This document shows, in pieces, positions 27,474 to 36,203 of a stretch of DNA of 64,000 nucleotides. The translations under genes were made by a program, and so were the position numbers. The stretch's first letter is position 1. Every line of letters begins with the position of its first letter. The DNA lies in contig OZ219816.1 of the NCBI GenBank assembly GCA_964291235.2, positions 1,600,001 through 1,664,000 of the forward strand. The letters are read 5' to 3'. Source of the DNA: Vicinamibacteria bacterium (GTDB lineage: Bacteria > Acidobacteriota > Vicinamibacteria > Marinacidobacterales > Marinacidobacteraceae). The notes below the pieces were generated by a model, which saw only the letters and a list, made by a program, of their open reading frames with translations, did no database searches and was not told where the DNA came from.

Positions 27474-28049
27474 TCATCCCGCCGGCGCGATGAGTACCTC
27501 GATTTCCTCCTCGGCGACCGTGCCATCCCCCGTTTCCAGGCGGGCCCGCACCAGCCAGCGGAAGCGACCCTCGAAGGACCGATAGGAAAAGCGGGCGTCT
27601 TCCGGCACGGGAACCTGCGACGCGCGCTCCCAGCGTTCCGCCACCGCGAGCGACTGCTCGCCGGAGAGTTCGTGATCGACGGACAGCACTTTCCGACTGC
27701 TCCCGTCCGCGTCCCGCTGCTCGGCGGTCAGGGTGATCACGAGCGCCTTGATCTCGACCGGCCGCCTTGTCACGATGCGGACCGCGCAGTGGATCGCGCC
27801 CCCGGGCACGGCCGACTCGCTGAGGCCGAGATCACACACCGAAAAGGGATGCCGCCCGAGAAACCACCCGGTCGCCCCCAAGGAGCGAATGACGAACAAA
27901 GCCACCAGCACCGTGCCGAGGAGCCACGGCAACGTCCAGCCGTAGAAGTTCGCCAGGTGGACAACGAAGAGCGCGCCCAGGACGGTGCCCGAGAGCGAAA
28001 GCAGCGTGCGCCGCTTGTCACGGGCGATGAGCGAGGTCCAGACCAGCAT
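27474..28049 (-). CDS. Hypothetical membrane protein (2 TM plus beta-rich, arrestin/SpoOM-like C-domain)
   Basis: Two hydrophobic segments then VP...FSY..FEGRFRWLVRARLE; fills the gap between rlpA and the PfkB gene. Confidence 0.6.
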   Translation of the reverse strand: MLVWTSLIARDKRRTLLSLSGTVLGALFVVHLANFYGWTLPWLLGTVLVALFVIRSLGATGWFLGRHPFSVCDLGLSESAVPGGAIHCAVRIVTRRPVEIKALVITLTAEQRDADGSSRKVLSVDHELSGEQSLAVAERWERASQVPVPEDARFSYRSFEGRFRWLVRARLETGDGTVAEEEIEVLIAPAG

Positions 28050-28103
28050 TGCCGGCCGTCAACCCCCGGAGAGAACCCGAATCCGCCGGCGGCGGCGCGG
28101 AGG

Positions 28104-28991
28104 ATGAACGGTGAACCGGATTCTAGGCCCCGCATTCTCGTCGTGGGTCACCTGACCGAAGATCTGACCCCTCAGGGACCCCGGCTCGGCGGCGCCGCCG
28201 CCTTTGCCGGGTTGCTGGCTCACCGCTTCGGCGCCCTGGTCACGATCCTGACCGCAGCCGACGCCGCCTTCCCGTATCGCGCACCGTTCGCCGGCATCCC
28301 GCTCCGCCGGCTGCCCTCCCGGGAGCGGACCCGCTTCCAGAACCGTTACCTGCCGGACGGCTCGCGCCGGCAGACGATCCTGACCCGGGCGGCAACCATC
28401 CCGGAAGAGGCCATCCGCCGCTCGGTTCAGGAACTTCCTCCGGGATCGGCGGTGTTCTACTGCCCGGTGGCAGATGAGCTCGGAGGGTCGGGTTCCCTGC
28501 CCCGGCCGCGCGGCGCCGGCGTTTTCGCGGGCGCCGCGCCCCAGGGCCTGCTCCGGCACTGGGACTCCGCGGGCCGGGTTTCGATTCGCTGGTCGTCGAG
28601 AGTTCCCGAGCGACTCGCCGGTCTCGACCTCGTATCGCTCTCGGAGGCCGAGTTCCCTGAGGGAGCTCGCCTCACCGCCCCCTGCGTGGCGGTGACCCGG
28701 GGCCGCCGGGGGGCAACCCTTCATCGGCCGGGTCTTCCGCCTCTCGAGATCCCGGTTGTGCCCGGGAGCGAGGCCGATCCCACCGGGGCGGGTGACGTAT
28801 TCGCCGCCGCCCTGCTGGTCGGGCTCTGGCGCGAAGTGCCGGTCGAACGGGCCACTCAACTGGCCGCCGCGGCGGCGGCCATCACGGTCGAGTCCTTCGG
28901 TACCGACGGCATCCCTACGCTTGCCGAAGCGAGCGTCCGGCTCAGCGCGTCAGCATCGGGATCGCGTCCGGACTCACCCGGGCGCCGGTGA
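28104..28991 (+). CDS. PfkB-family carbohydrate kinase
   Basis: VVGHLTED, GGAAAF, VTRGRRG, DPTGAGDVFAAA signature. Confidence 0.88.
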   Translation: MNGEPDSRPRILVVGHLTEDLTPQGPRLGGAAAFAGLLAHRFGALVTILTAADAAFPYRAPFAGIPLRRLPSRERTRFQNRYLPDGSRRQTILTRAATIPEEAIRRSVQELPPGSAVFYCPVADELGGSGSLPRPRGAGVFAGAAPQGLLRHWDSAGRVSIRWSSRVPERLAGLDLVSLSEAEFPEGARLTAPCVAVTRGRRGATLHRPGLPPLEIPVVPGSEADPTGAGDVFAAALLVGLWREVPVERATQLAAAAAAITVESFGTDGIPTLAEASVRLSASASGSRPDSPGRR

Positions 28992-29571
28992 CCCGCCAGG
29001 CCCAGATGCCGCGACGCTCGAAGAGAATGTCGGCCCATAGCGGGTTCTCTTCAGGAGAATCGCGTTCGACTCCCAGCCGGACGGCGAAATCGCTCCACCC
29101 CTCGTAGCCGGCACTCACGGACACCCCGCCGGCCTCGTCGGATGCGGGCTCGGCATCTCCACCGAGATCGAGGAAGGCGGACCACCCCTGCGCGGCCGCG
29201 GGCCCTTCCCGAAGCGCCCGGTCCACGCCTTCCGGCGACGCGAACTGGTCGATCATCGCCTCGCCGACCGCCACCGCCAGTTGCGAGCCGAGATCGGGCG
29301 CGGGTTCGGGGGTAGCGGCTCCGCCGTCCTCCGCAGGGGTGCTCTGCCGGCTCTGCGCCCGCCGGGACGCTCCGACCGTGCGGCGGAGTTCGCCCTTCAG
29401 ATTCTCACGCACTGCCTCGAAATCCACGAAGTCGTGGAGGGTTTCCGCGTCGCCGGCCGCCACCGCCTTGCGGATCTGCCAAGCCGCGAAGTACGGCCCG
29501 AGATAGATGCTGGCGCCGACGCCCAGAAAGACCGCCCAGCCGATCAGCAGATAAAGACGCCAGCGGCTCAC
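28942..29571 (-). CDS. DUF2939-family protein
   Basis: TM then GPYFAAWQIRKAVAAGDAETLHDFVDFEAVRENLK; C-terminal FERRGIWAWRV; GTG start approximate. Confidence 0.78.
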   Translation of the reverse strand: MSRWRLYLLIGWAVFLGVGASIYLGPYFAAWQIRKAVAAGDAETLHDFVDFEAVRENLKGELRRTVGASRRAQSRQSTPAEDGGAATPEPAPDLGSQLAVAVGEAMIDQFASPEGVDRALREGPAAAQGWSAFLDLGGDAEPASDEAGGVSVSAGYEGWSDFAVRLGVERDSPEENPLWADILFERRGIWAWRVTGARVSPDAIPMLTR

Positions 29572-29644
29572 TTGGGCAATACTAACGGCCGGGAACGTCC
29601 GGGGTTCCCGGGCAACCGCCGCGCACCGGAACTTCGGCAAAACA

Positions 29645-30610
29645 GTGGGAAAACTCGTCGCTCCTCCGGTCGAATCGATCGAATCCACCATCCACTTCCC
29701 GCTCTGCGGGGAATACTTCGGGGGACCCACCGAGGCGCACCTGGACCGCGCCATTACGCCGGACGAATGGGCGACCTTCGACCGTGACGGTTATCTCGTC
29801 ATTCCAAGGGCCCTCGGCGAGAGCGCACTGATCCGCCTCCTCGAGTCGGTGGACCGCCTCGATGAACGCGAGCGGAGGAGACTGCGGCTGGCCCCGGGCG
29901 ACATGATGTCCCGTTTCTCGGTCATCCGCTTCGATCCGGCCTTCCTCGAACTCGTCGCCTGGGCCCACACCTTTCCCAAGGTCTGGGACATCCTCGGCTG
30001 GAACATCCAGCTCTACATCTCGCACCTCGTGGTGTACCCGCCGGAAACCTGGGGCGGTGAGCAGTGCCGGGCGCCCGTGTGGCATCAGGACAGCGGGCGC
30101 CCGGTCCTCGAGCTGGAGCGTCCCGCTCCCCGGTTGTCGGTCAAGGTCGCCTACTGGCTCACCGACACCCACGGACCGGACCGCGGGGCCATGGAGGTCA
30201 TCCCGGGGAGCCACCGGCTCGACGCCCCGCCGCCCCAGAGCGAAGACCCCGCCTGGGACGGCAAGCGTTTGCTCGAAGCCTCTCCCGGGGATGCCGTGGT
30301 CTTCGATCGCCGGATCTGGCATCGCCACGGCAAGAACACTTCCGATGTCGTTCGCAAGGCGCTCTTCTTCGGATACAGCTATCGCTGGCTCCGCCCGCTC
30401 GACTATTCGGCGATGCCGGCCGATCTGCTCGAGCGGTGCGATCCGGTAGTCCGGCAGCTCCTGGGAGACGGACGGACAGAGGTCGGGTGGTACCAGCCGC
30501 AGCCCGAGGACGTTCCCCTGCGCTCGTGGCTCGCCGCCCGGGTGGGGGAAGCCGGGCTCTGGCGGCCACCCTCCTCACAGCCGCAGCAGGAGCTGGAGTC
30601 TCCCGAATGA
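29645..30610 (+). CDS. Phytanoyl-CoA dioxygenase (PhyH) family Fe(II)/2OG oxygenase
   Basis: [32 protein letters not shown]; start uncertain. Confidence 0.9.
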   Translation: MGKLVAPPVESIESTIHFPLCGEYFGGPTEAHLDRAITPDEWATFDRDGYLVIPRALGESALIRLLESVDRLDERERRRLRLAPGDMMSRFSVIRFDPAFLELVAWAHTFPKVWDILGWNIQLYISHLVVYPPETWGGEQCRAPVWHQDSGRPVLELERPAPRLSVKVAYWLTDTHGPDRGAMEVIPGSHRLDAPPPQSEDPAWDGKRLLEASPGDAVVFDRRIWHRHGKNTSDVVRKALFFGYSYRWLRPLDYSAMPADLLERCDPVVRQLLGDGRTEVGWYQPQPEDVPLRSWLAARVGEAGLWRPPSSQPQQELESPE

Positions 30611-31050
30611 TCCAGCGAACCCTGGGCGCCGCTGCTCTCGGCTCGGCGCTGGTCCTCGCGACGGTCAGCCTCCCATCGGAATCGCCGGCGCAGCCAGCCG
30701 CAACACCCGGATCGATCGGCGAGCTGCGCGAGCGGGCCCGCGAGATCCTCGCCGGGGTTCAGGAACGCGAGGTCCCGCTCGTCGAGGCCCGCCGGCAGGT
30801 CGAAGAGTTGTTGCGCGACCTGAAGGCCGTGGGCGAGGCGGAAGGCTGGGCCCCGGCGAACCGGCGGCTCGAAATGACCATCGCCCGTCCCGAAGACCTC
30901 CGGCCGACACTCACGGAAAACTGTCCGCTGTTCTTCGAGGAGGAGCTGATCCGGTTGTGCCCGCTCGATCAGTCGCGTTCCGAGATCTGGGGCAACCAGG
31001 TGCTGGTCTGCGAGTTCGCCTGCGCGCCGGAATCGAATCCGGCCCGGTGA
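30607..31050 (+). CDS. Hypothetical secreted protein with four C-terminal Cys
   Basis: ATGA overlap with the PhyH stop and GTGA overlap with the MCM start; signal peptide [18 protein letters not shown]. Confidence 0.65.
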   Translation: MIQRTLGAAALGSALVLATVSLPSESPAQPAATPGSIGELRERAREILAGVQEREVPLVEARRQVEELLRDLKAVGEAEGWAPANRRLEMTIARPEDLRPTLTENCPLFFEEELIRLCPLDQSRSEIWGNQVLVCEFACAPESNPAR

Positions 31051-32618
31051 CGGTGGGTAGCGGACGCTCTCGCCGGGCGCTGAGGCCGCTCTATCGGCCG
31101 GACGACGCGCCGAACAGCGAAGAACGCGCCGGGCTTCCCGGCGAATCGCCGTTCACGCGCGGCATCCGCTCCGGCGGATATCGCGACCGACTCTGGACCA
31201 TGCGCCAGTACGCGGGGTACGCAACCGCGGCGGAGTCCAACCGCCGCTACCGGTACCTGCTCGAAAGCGGACAGACGGGCCTGTCGGTGGCCTTCGATCT
31301 ACCGACCCAGATCGGCTACGACTCCGATCACCCGTTGGCAGCGGGTGAGGTAGGCCGGGTCGGGGTCGCCATCGATTCGCTCGATGACATGGAAACGCTC
31401 TTCCGGGACATCGCCCTCGACGGCGTTTCGACCTCGATGACCATCAACGCGACGGCTCCCATTCTGGTCGCGCTCTACGTGGCGGCTGCCCGGCGCCAGG
31501 GCGTTCCGCTCCCCAAGGTCGCCGGAACGGTGCAAAACGACATCCTCAAGGAGTACGCCGCTCGCGGCACCTGGATCTATCCGCCCGAACCCTCCATGCG
31601 GCTCGCCACCGACCTGATCGAGTGGTGCCGGCGCGAACTGCCGCGCTTCCAGCCGGTAAGCGTGAGCGGGTACCACATGCGGGAGGCCGGGTGTACCGCC
31701 GCCCAGGAGGTGGGATTCACGCTGGCCAACGGGCTCGCCTACGTCGAATGGACCGTGGAACGGGGACTGTCGGCCGACGAGGTGGCGACGCGCGTTTCGT
31801 TCTTCTTCAATGCCCACCGGGACTTTCTGGAAGAGATCGCCAAATTCCGCGCCGCCCGCCGACTCTGGGCGAGGCTGTTGCGCGAACGGTTCGGCTCTCA
31901 GAGCCCGCGGGCCCAGATGCTCCGGTTTCACGCTCAGACCGCCGGGTCCACCCTCACCCCCCTCGAGCCGCAGGTGAACGTGGTCCGAACGACGCTGGAG
32001 GCGCTCGCCGCGGTGTTGGGCGGAACGCAGTCACTCCACACGAACGCGCTCGACGAGGCGCTCGGCCTCCCGACCGAGGAAACCGCCGAACTGGCGCTCC
32101 GCACGCAGCAGGTGATCGCCTTCGAAAGCGGGGTGGCGGCCACCGTCGATCCGCTCGGGGGCTCCTGGGCGATCGAGGCGCTCACCGACCAGATCGAGGC
32201 AGAGGCGCTCGACTGGATCGAACAGGTGGATCGCCTGGGCGGCGCGGTCGCGGCCATCGACGCCGGTTTCGTCCAGGCGCGCATCCAGGAGGCGGCCTAC
32301 GCCTACCAGCAGGATGTGGAAGCCGGCGACGAGATCGTCGTCGGGGTGAACCGCTTCCGGCGCGAGGGGGAAAGAAGCAGGGTCGAACCCTTCGAGCTGG
32401 ATGCCCGGACCGAAGCCTCGCAGGTGGCGCGCGTCCGGGCGGTGCGAGCCCGGCGGGACGGAGCGGCGGTGGACGCCGCACTTCGGGACATCGGCAGCGT
32501 GGCGTCGCGCGGCGGCAATCTGATGCCCGCCATCCTGGACGCCGTTTCCGCGCTGGCCACCGTCGGGGAGATCAGCGACGCACTGAGGGCGGTCTTCGGC
32601 GAGCACCGGGGACGCTGA
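31047..32618 (+). CDS. Methylmalonyl-CoA mutase, substrate-binding (N-terminal) subunit
   Basis: [54 protein letters not shown]; no DxHxxG B12-binding domain. Confidence 0.95.
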   Translation: MTVGSGRSRRALRPLYRPDDAPNSEERAGLPGESPFTRGIRSGGYRDRLWTMRQYAGYATAAESNRRYRYLLESGQTGLSVAFDLPTQIGYDSDHPLAAGEVGRVGVAIDSLDDMETLFRDIALDGVSTSMTINATAPILVALYVAAARRQGVPLPKVAGTVQNDILKEYAARGTWIYPPEPSMRLATDLIEWCRRELPRFQPVSVSGYHMREAGCTAAQEVGFTLANGLAYVEWTVERGLSADEVATRVSFFFNAHRDFLEEIAKFRAARRLWARLLRERFGSQSPRAQMLRFHAQTAGSTLTPLEPQVNVVRTTLEALAAVLGGTQSLHTNALDEALGLPTEETAELALRTQQVIAFESGVAATVDPLGGSWAIEALTDQIEAEALDWIEQVDRLGGAVAAIDAGFVQARIQEAAYAYQQDVEAGDEIVVGVNRFRREGERSRVEPFELDARTEASQVARVRAVRARRDGAAVDAALRDIGSVASRGGNLMPAILDAVSALATVGEISDALRAVFGEHRGR

Positions 32619-32623
32619 TCCCG

Positions 32624-33241
32624 GTGCCCGACCCGCCGGTGGATCCCCTGCCGGCCGTCGTTGCCGCCCACCGGTATTCCGATTTCCGGCAACGGCTCCG
32701 CGACAGCGGTTGTACGCGGTGCGGGCTGTCGGCCGACAGGACCCACATCGTGGTGGACCGCGGAAGTCCGGATGCCGCCATCCTGGCGGTGGGGGAGGCG
32801 CCCGGGGCGTCGGAGGACGCTCGGGGCATGGCGTTTTGCGGCCGCGCCGGCAAGATGCTCGACGAGTTGTTCCGAAAGGCGGGCCTCGCGACCGACGAGC
32901 ACCTGCTCATCGTGAACGTGGTGAAGTGCCGCCCGCCCGGCAACCGGGCGCCGCGGGTGGAGGAGGCAGCGAGCTGCCGGCCGTTTCTGGAACGCCAGCT
33001 CGAATTGTCGCCGGCCCGGATCGTCGCGCTCATGGGAGCAACCGCGCTGAAACACTTCTCCCCGGAACGCGCGCGGGGGCCGCTCTCCGCCCGGGTGGGC
33101 CGGTTTTTCTCCCTGCCGGCGTGGCCTGACCGTGACTTCGTGACCCTCTACCACCCGGCAGCCATTCTGTACAACCGCTCACTCGAACCGCTGGCGCAGC
33201 GGCACATCCAGGCGGTTGCGGCGCGGGCCGGGCTCCCCTGA
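32624..33241 (+). CDS. Uracil-DNA glycosylase family 4 (Fe-S)
   Basis: CxxC (CTRC), VGEAPG, NVVKCRPPGNR, LYHPAAIL. Confidence 0.93.
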   Translation: MPDPPVDPLPAVVAAHRYSDFRQRLRDSGCTRCGLSADRTHIVVDRGSPDAAILAVGEAPGASEDARGMAFCGRAGKMLDELFRKAGLATDEHLLIVNVVKCRPPGNRAPRVEEAASCRPFLERQLELSPARIVALMGATALKHFSPERARGPLSARVGRFFSLPAWPDRDFVTLYHPAAILYNRSLEPLAQRHIQAVAARAGLP

Positions 33242-33282
33242 CCGGAATACCCCGACGCCGCCGGCCCGCGACCGCTGCCGCC

Positions 33283-33969
33283 CTACGGCGGAAAAAGAGT
33301 CGGGTCGCCACGGAGTTCCCGAATCACTTCCCAACTCCAGCTCAGCCGGGTCTCCGCCGGCAACCCGCCGGTTTGGCGGTGGTAGCGACGCAGGAACCGC
33401 TCGGTCGCCGCGTTGACGTAGCCCCCGCCCTTCACTGCCCCGTACTCGGCAACGTATTTCTCCATCAGGGAGCCAATCAGGGCGTCCCGGCGGTCCTTGG
33501 CGATCACGCTCGCCGCCGCGACCGCCACGTGGTGCGATTCCCCGTCGTCCACCGCCTCCAGGTGCGGATAGCGCGGGCGAAGCGCTTCGAAAAGGCGCCT
33601 TCCATCCGCCACCACCCGATGCACGGTTCCCGCTTCGCGCACGATTTCATCGGCGGCGCGGCGTTCCAGGACGTTCAGGTCCCCGGCGGCGGCGTAGCGA
33701 TCCACCTCGGCGGCATCGAGCACCCGGACCACAATGTTCTCCGCCAGGCGCTCGATGTGGGCGGTCAGCGCCCGGCGGTGCGTGCGGGCGGCGTCGCCGG
33801 CGCCGAACCGCTTGGAGTCCCGCACCCCCAGCCGGGTCAAGGCGCCAGCCTTCAGGGGATCCACAACGACGCCGGCCACCACCAGCGGTCCAAGCACCGC
33901 GCCGCGTCCCGCCTCGTCGAGGCCGAGGACCTGGCGACCCCGCAAAGCGGGTCCCGGCTCACGCGACAT
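33283..33969 (-). CDS. rnhB: Ribonuclease HII (archaeal/eukaryotic-like sequence)
   Basis: GLDEAGRG.VLGPLVV, GVRDSK, VAAASVIAK..RD. Confidence 0.88.
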   Translation of the reverse strand: MSREPGPALRGRQVLGLDEAGRGAVLGPLVVAGVVVDPLKAGALTRLGVRDSKRFGAGDAARTHRRALTAHIERLAENIVVRVLDAAEVDRYAAAGDLNVLERRAADEIVREAGTVHRVVADGRRLFEALRPRYPHLEAVDDGESHHVAVAAASVIAKDRRDALIGSLMEKYVAEYGAVKGGGYVNAATERFLRRYHRQTGGLPAETRLSWSWEVIRELRGDPTLFPP

Positions 33970-34082
33970 CGGCTGCGGCCCGGGCAATCCACCGGCCGGC
34001 GGCGGCAGGCGCGGAGACCGGCTCGCCGAAATAAAGTTCCGTTCGTAACATGAATAATCAGCGCATCAGAAGTAAGCAGGGC

Positions 34083-35525
34083 ATGGGCCGCTACAACGTC
34101 GTAATCATCGGGGCGGGGACCGCAGGTCTCGTGACCGCTGCCGGCACCGCCGGGCTCGGGGGACGGGTCGCACTGGTGGAAGCCGCCAAGATGGGTGGCG
34201 ATTGTCTCAACTACGGGTGCGTCCCTTCCAAGGCGCTCGTCTCGACCTCGAAACTGATCCAGGGCATCCGCAACGCCGAAGCCCACGGCCTCGATGCCAT
34301 GGAACCCCGTTTCCGCTTCGAGCGGGTCTTCGAACACATGCGCGAACGCCGCGCCCGGATCGCTCCCAACGACTCGGTGGAAAGGTTCACCGGACTAGGG
34401 GTGGATGTCTTCGAGGCGCGCGCCAAGTTTGTCAGCCCGCACGAAGTCGAACTCGACGACGGAACACGTCTCGAGGGAGCCCACTTCGTGATCGCTACCG
34501 GCACGAAGCCCTTCGTGCCGCCCATTCCGGGCCTTGACGGCGTCCCCTTCCTCACCAACGAAACCTTCTTCGACGAGCAGGAGCAGGCACCCGAATCACT
34601 GATCGTCCTGGGTGGCGGCCCCATCGGCTGCGAGATGGGCCAGGTGATGAACCGACTCGGGGTGCGGGTCACCATCCTCACCGACGTCCGCCGCCTCCTG
34701 CCCCGGGATGACCACGAGGCCTCGGCAGTCGTACACGACGCCTTCGCCGACGAAGGCATCGAGATCGTCACCGGCTGCCGGGTCACGTCCTTCCGGCAGG
34801 AGGCAAGCGGCGGGATCACCGCGGAGATGGACGGCGACTGCGGGTTCCGGACCGTCACCGCATCCCGGGTGCTGGTCGCCACCGGGCGATCCCCCAACGT
34901 GCAGGGTCTCGGCCTCGAGGCTGCCGGAGTCCGCTTCGACGCCCGCGCCGGAGTTCCGGTGGACGCCGGCCTGCGAACGAACGTCGCCCACATCTACGCC
35001 TGCGGCGATGTCGCCGGGCCCTACCGCTTCACCCATACCGCCGACTACCAGGCGCGCCTGGCGGTGCGGAACATCCTGCTGCCGCCTCCCCTCCCCCGGG
35101 CGAAGGCCGACTACCGGTACGTCCCGTGGGTGACCTACGTGGACCCGGAAGTCGCCCACTTCGGGCTCCGGGAAGAGGACGCCGCTGCGCAGGGGATTGC
35201 GGTGGACGTCCACCGGCACCACAACGACGACCTCGACCGGGCGATCACCGAGTCCGCCACGCGCGGGTTCGTGAAGGTCGTAACCCGGAAGGGCAAGGAC
35301 ACCATTCTCGGCGCCACCGTCTGCGGGCCGCGCGGGGGTGAGATCCTTCACGAGATCATGGTGGCGGCCAAACACGGTGTCGGCCTCGCGGCGCTCTCTT
35401 CGACGATCCACGGTTACCCGACCTGGGCACAGGCGGCCCAGCGGGTCGCCGATGCCTACCAGCGCACCCGGCTCACCCCGCGGGCGAAAGCGATCTTCGA
35501 GTGGCTCTACCGGAGGCGGCGATGA
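34083..35525 (+). CDS. Flavoprotein disulfide reductase (LpdA/MerA-like, DedA-associated)
   Basis: GAGTAG, GGDCLNYGCVPSK, GGGPIGCE, YACGDV..PYRFTH; lacks the MerA C-terminal CC. Confidence 0.9.
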   Translation: MGRYNVVIIGAGTAGLVTAAGTAGLGGRVALVEAAKMGGDCLNYGCVPSKALVSTSKLIQGIRNAEAHGLDAMEPRFRFERVFEHMRERRARIAPNDSVERFTGLGVDVFEARAKFVSPHEVELDDGTRLEGAHFVIATGTKPFVPPIPGLDGVPFLTNETFFDEQEQAPESLIVLGGGPIGCEMGQVMNRLGVRVTILTDVRRLLPRDDHEASAVVHDAFADEGIEIVTGCRVTSFRQEASGGITAEMDGDCGFRTVTASRVLVATGRSPNVQGLGLEAAGVRFDARAGVPVDAGLRTNVAHIYACGDVAGPYRFTHTADYQARLAVRNILLPPPLPRAKADYRYVPWVTYVDPEVAHFGLREEDAAAQGIAVDVHRHHNDDLDRAITESATRGFVKVVTRKGKDTILGATVCGPRGGEILHEIMVAAKHGVGLAALSSTIHGYPTWAQAAQRVADAYQRTRLTPRAKAIFEWLYRRRR

Positions 35526-36199
35526 GCAGGAACCTCAAGTTGGGCGCGATCCTCGTCCTGATCGTCGCCCTGGTGGTCGTCTTCCCGATCGGCGACTGGA
35601 TCCAGGCGGGCGCCGAATGGGCCCAGGAACAGGGAACGCTGGGTCTGGTGGCCTTTGCGGCCCTCTACGCGGTCGCCACCGTGTTCGCCGTCCCCGGATC
35701 GGCGCTCACCCTGATCGCGGGAGGCGCCTTCGGGGTGGCTTCCGGGACGATCGCGGTCTGGTTCGGAGCGACGGCGGGACTCGCGCTCGCCTTCCTGGCC
35801 GCCCGGCGATTGGCCCGGGACCGGGTGGCTCGCTGGCTCTCGGCCAAACCTTCGTTCGCCGCGGTGGACCGGGCGGTCGCCGCCGAAGGCTGGAAGATCG
35901 TCTTCCTCACCCGGCTCACTCCGGTCTTCCCGTTTACCGTCCTGAACTACGCCTACGGCCTGACGGGCGTGAGCTTCGGCGGCTACCTGCTGGCCTCGGC
36001 GACGGGGATCCTCCCCGGAACCCTGCTCTACATCTACCTCGGGAGCAGCGTCGCCCGGACCGTCGCCGGCGAATCGGACCCGCTCGAGACCCTGTTGCGG
36101 GTCGTCGGGCTGGCGGCCTTCGTGCTCGTGACGATCCTCATCACCCGCGTCGCCCGCCGGGCGCTCCGCGAAGCCGGTGTCGAATCCGAAGGTTCCTGA
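35522..36199 (+). CDS. TVP38/TMEM64 (DedA/SNARE-associated) membrane protein
   Basis: PGSALTLIAG..FG, RLTPVFPF..LNYAYGLT, GILPGT; ATGA-coupled to the reductase. Confidence 0.92.
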   Translation: MSRNLKLGAILVLIVALVVVFPIGDWIQAGAEWAQEQGTLGLVAFAALYAVATVFAVPGSALTLIAGGAFGVASGTIAVWFGATAGLALAFLAARRLARDRVARWLSAKPSFAAVDRAVAAEGWKIVFLTRLTPVFPFTVLNYAYGLTGVSFGGYLLASATGILPGTLLYIYLGSSVARTVAGESDPLETLLRVVGLAAFVLVTILITRVARRALREAGVESEGS

Positions 36200-36203
36200 A
36201 CGG

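Noticed and set aside
34083-35525. Mercuric reductase MerA call
   Set aside because: No C-terminal Cys-Cys pair, no NmerA domain and no mer operon genes.
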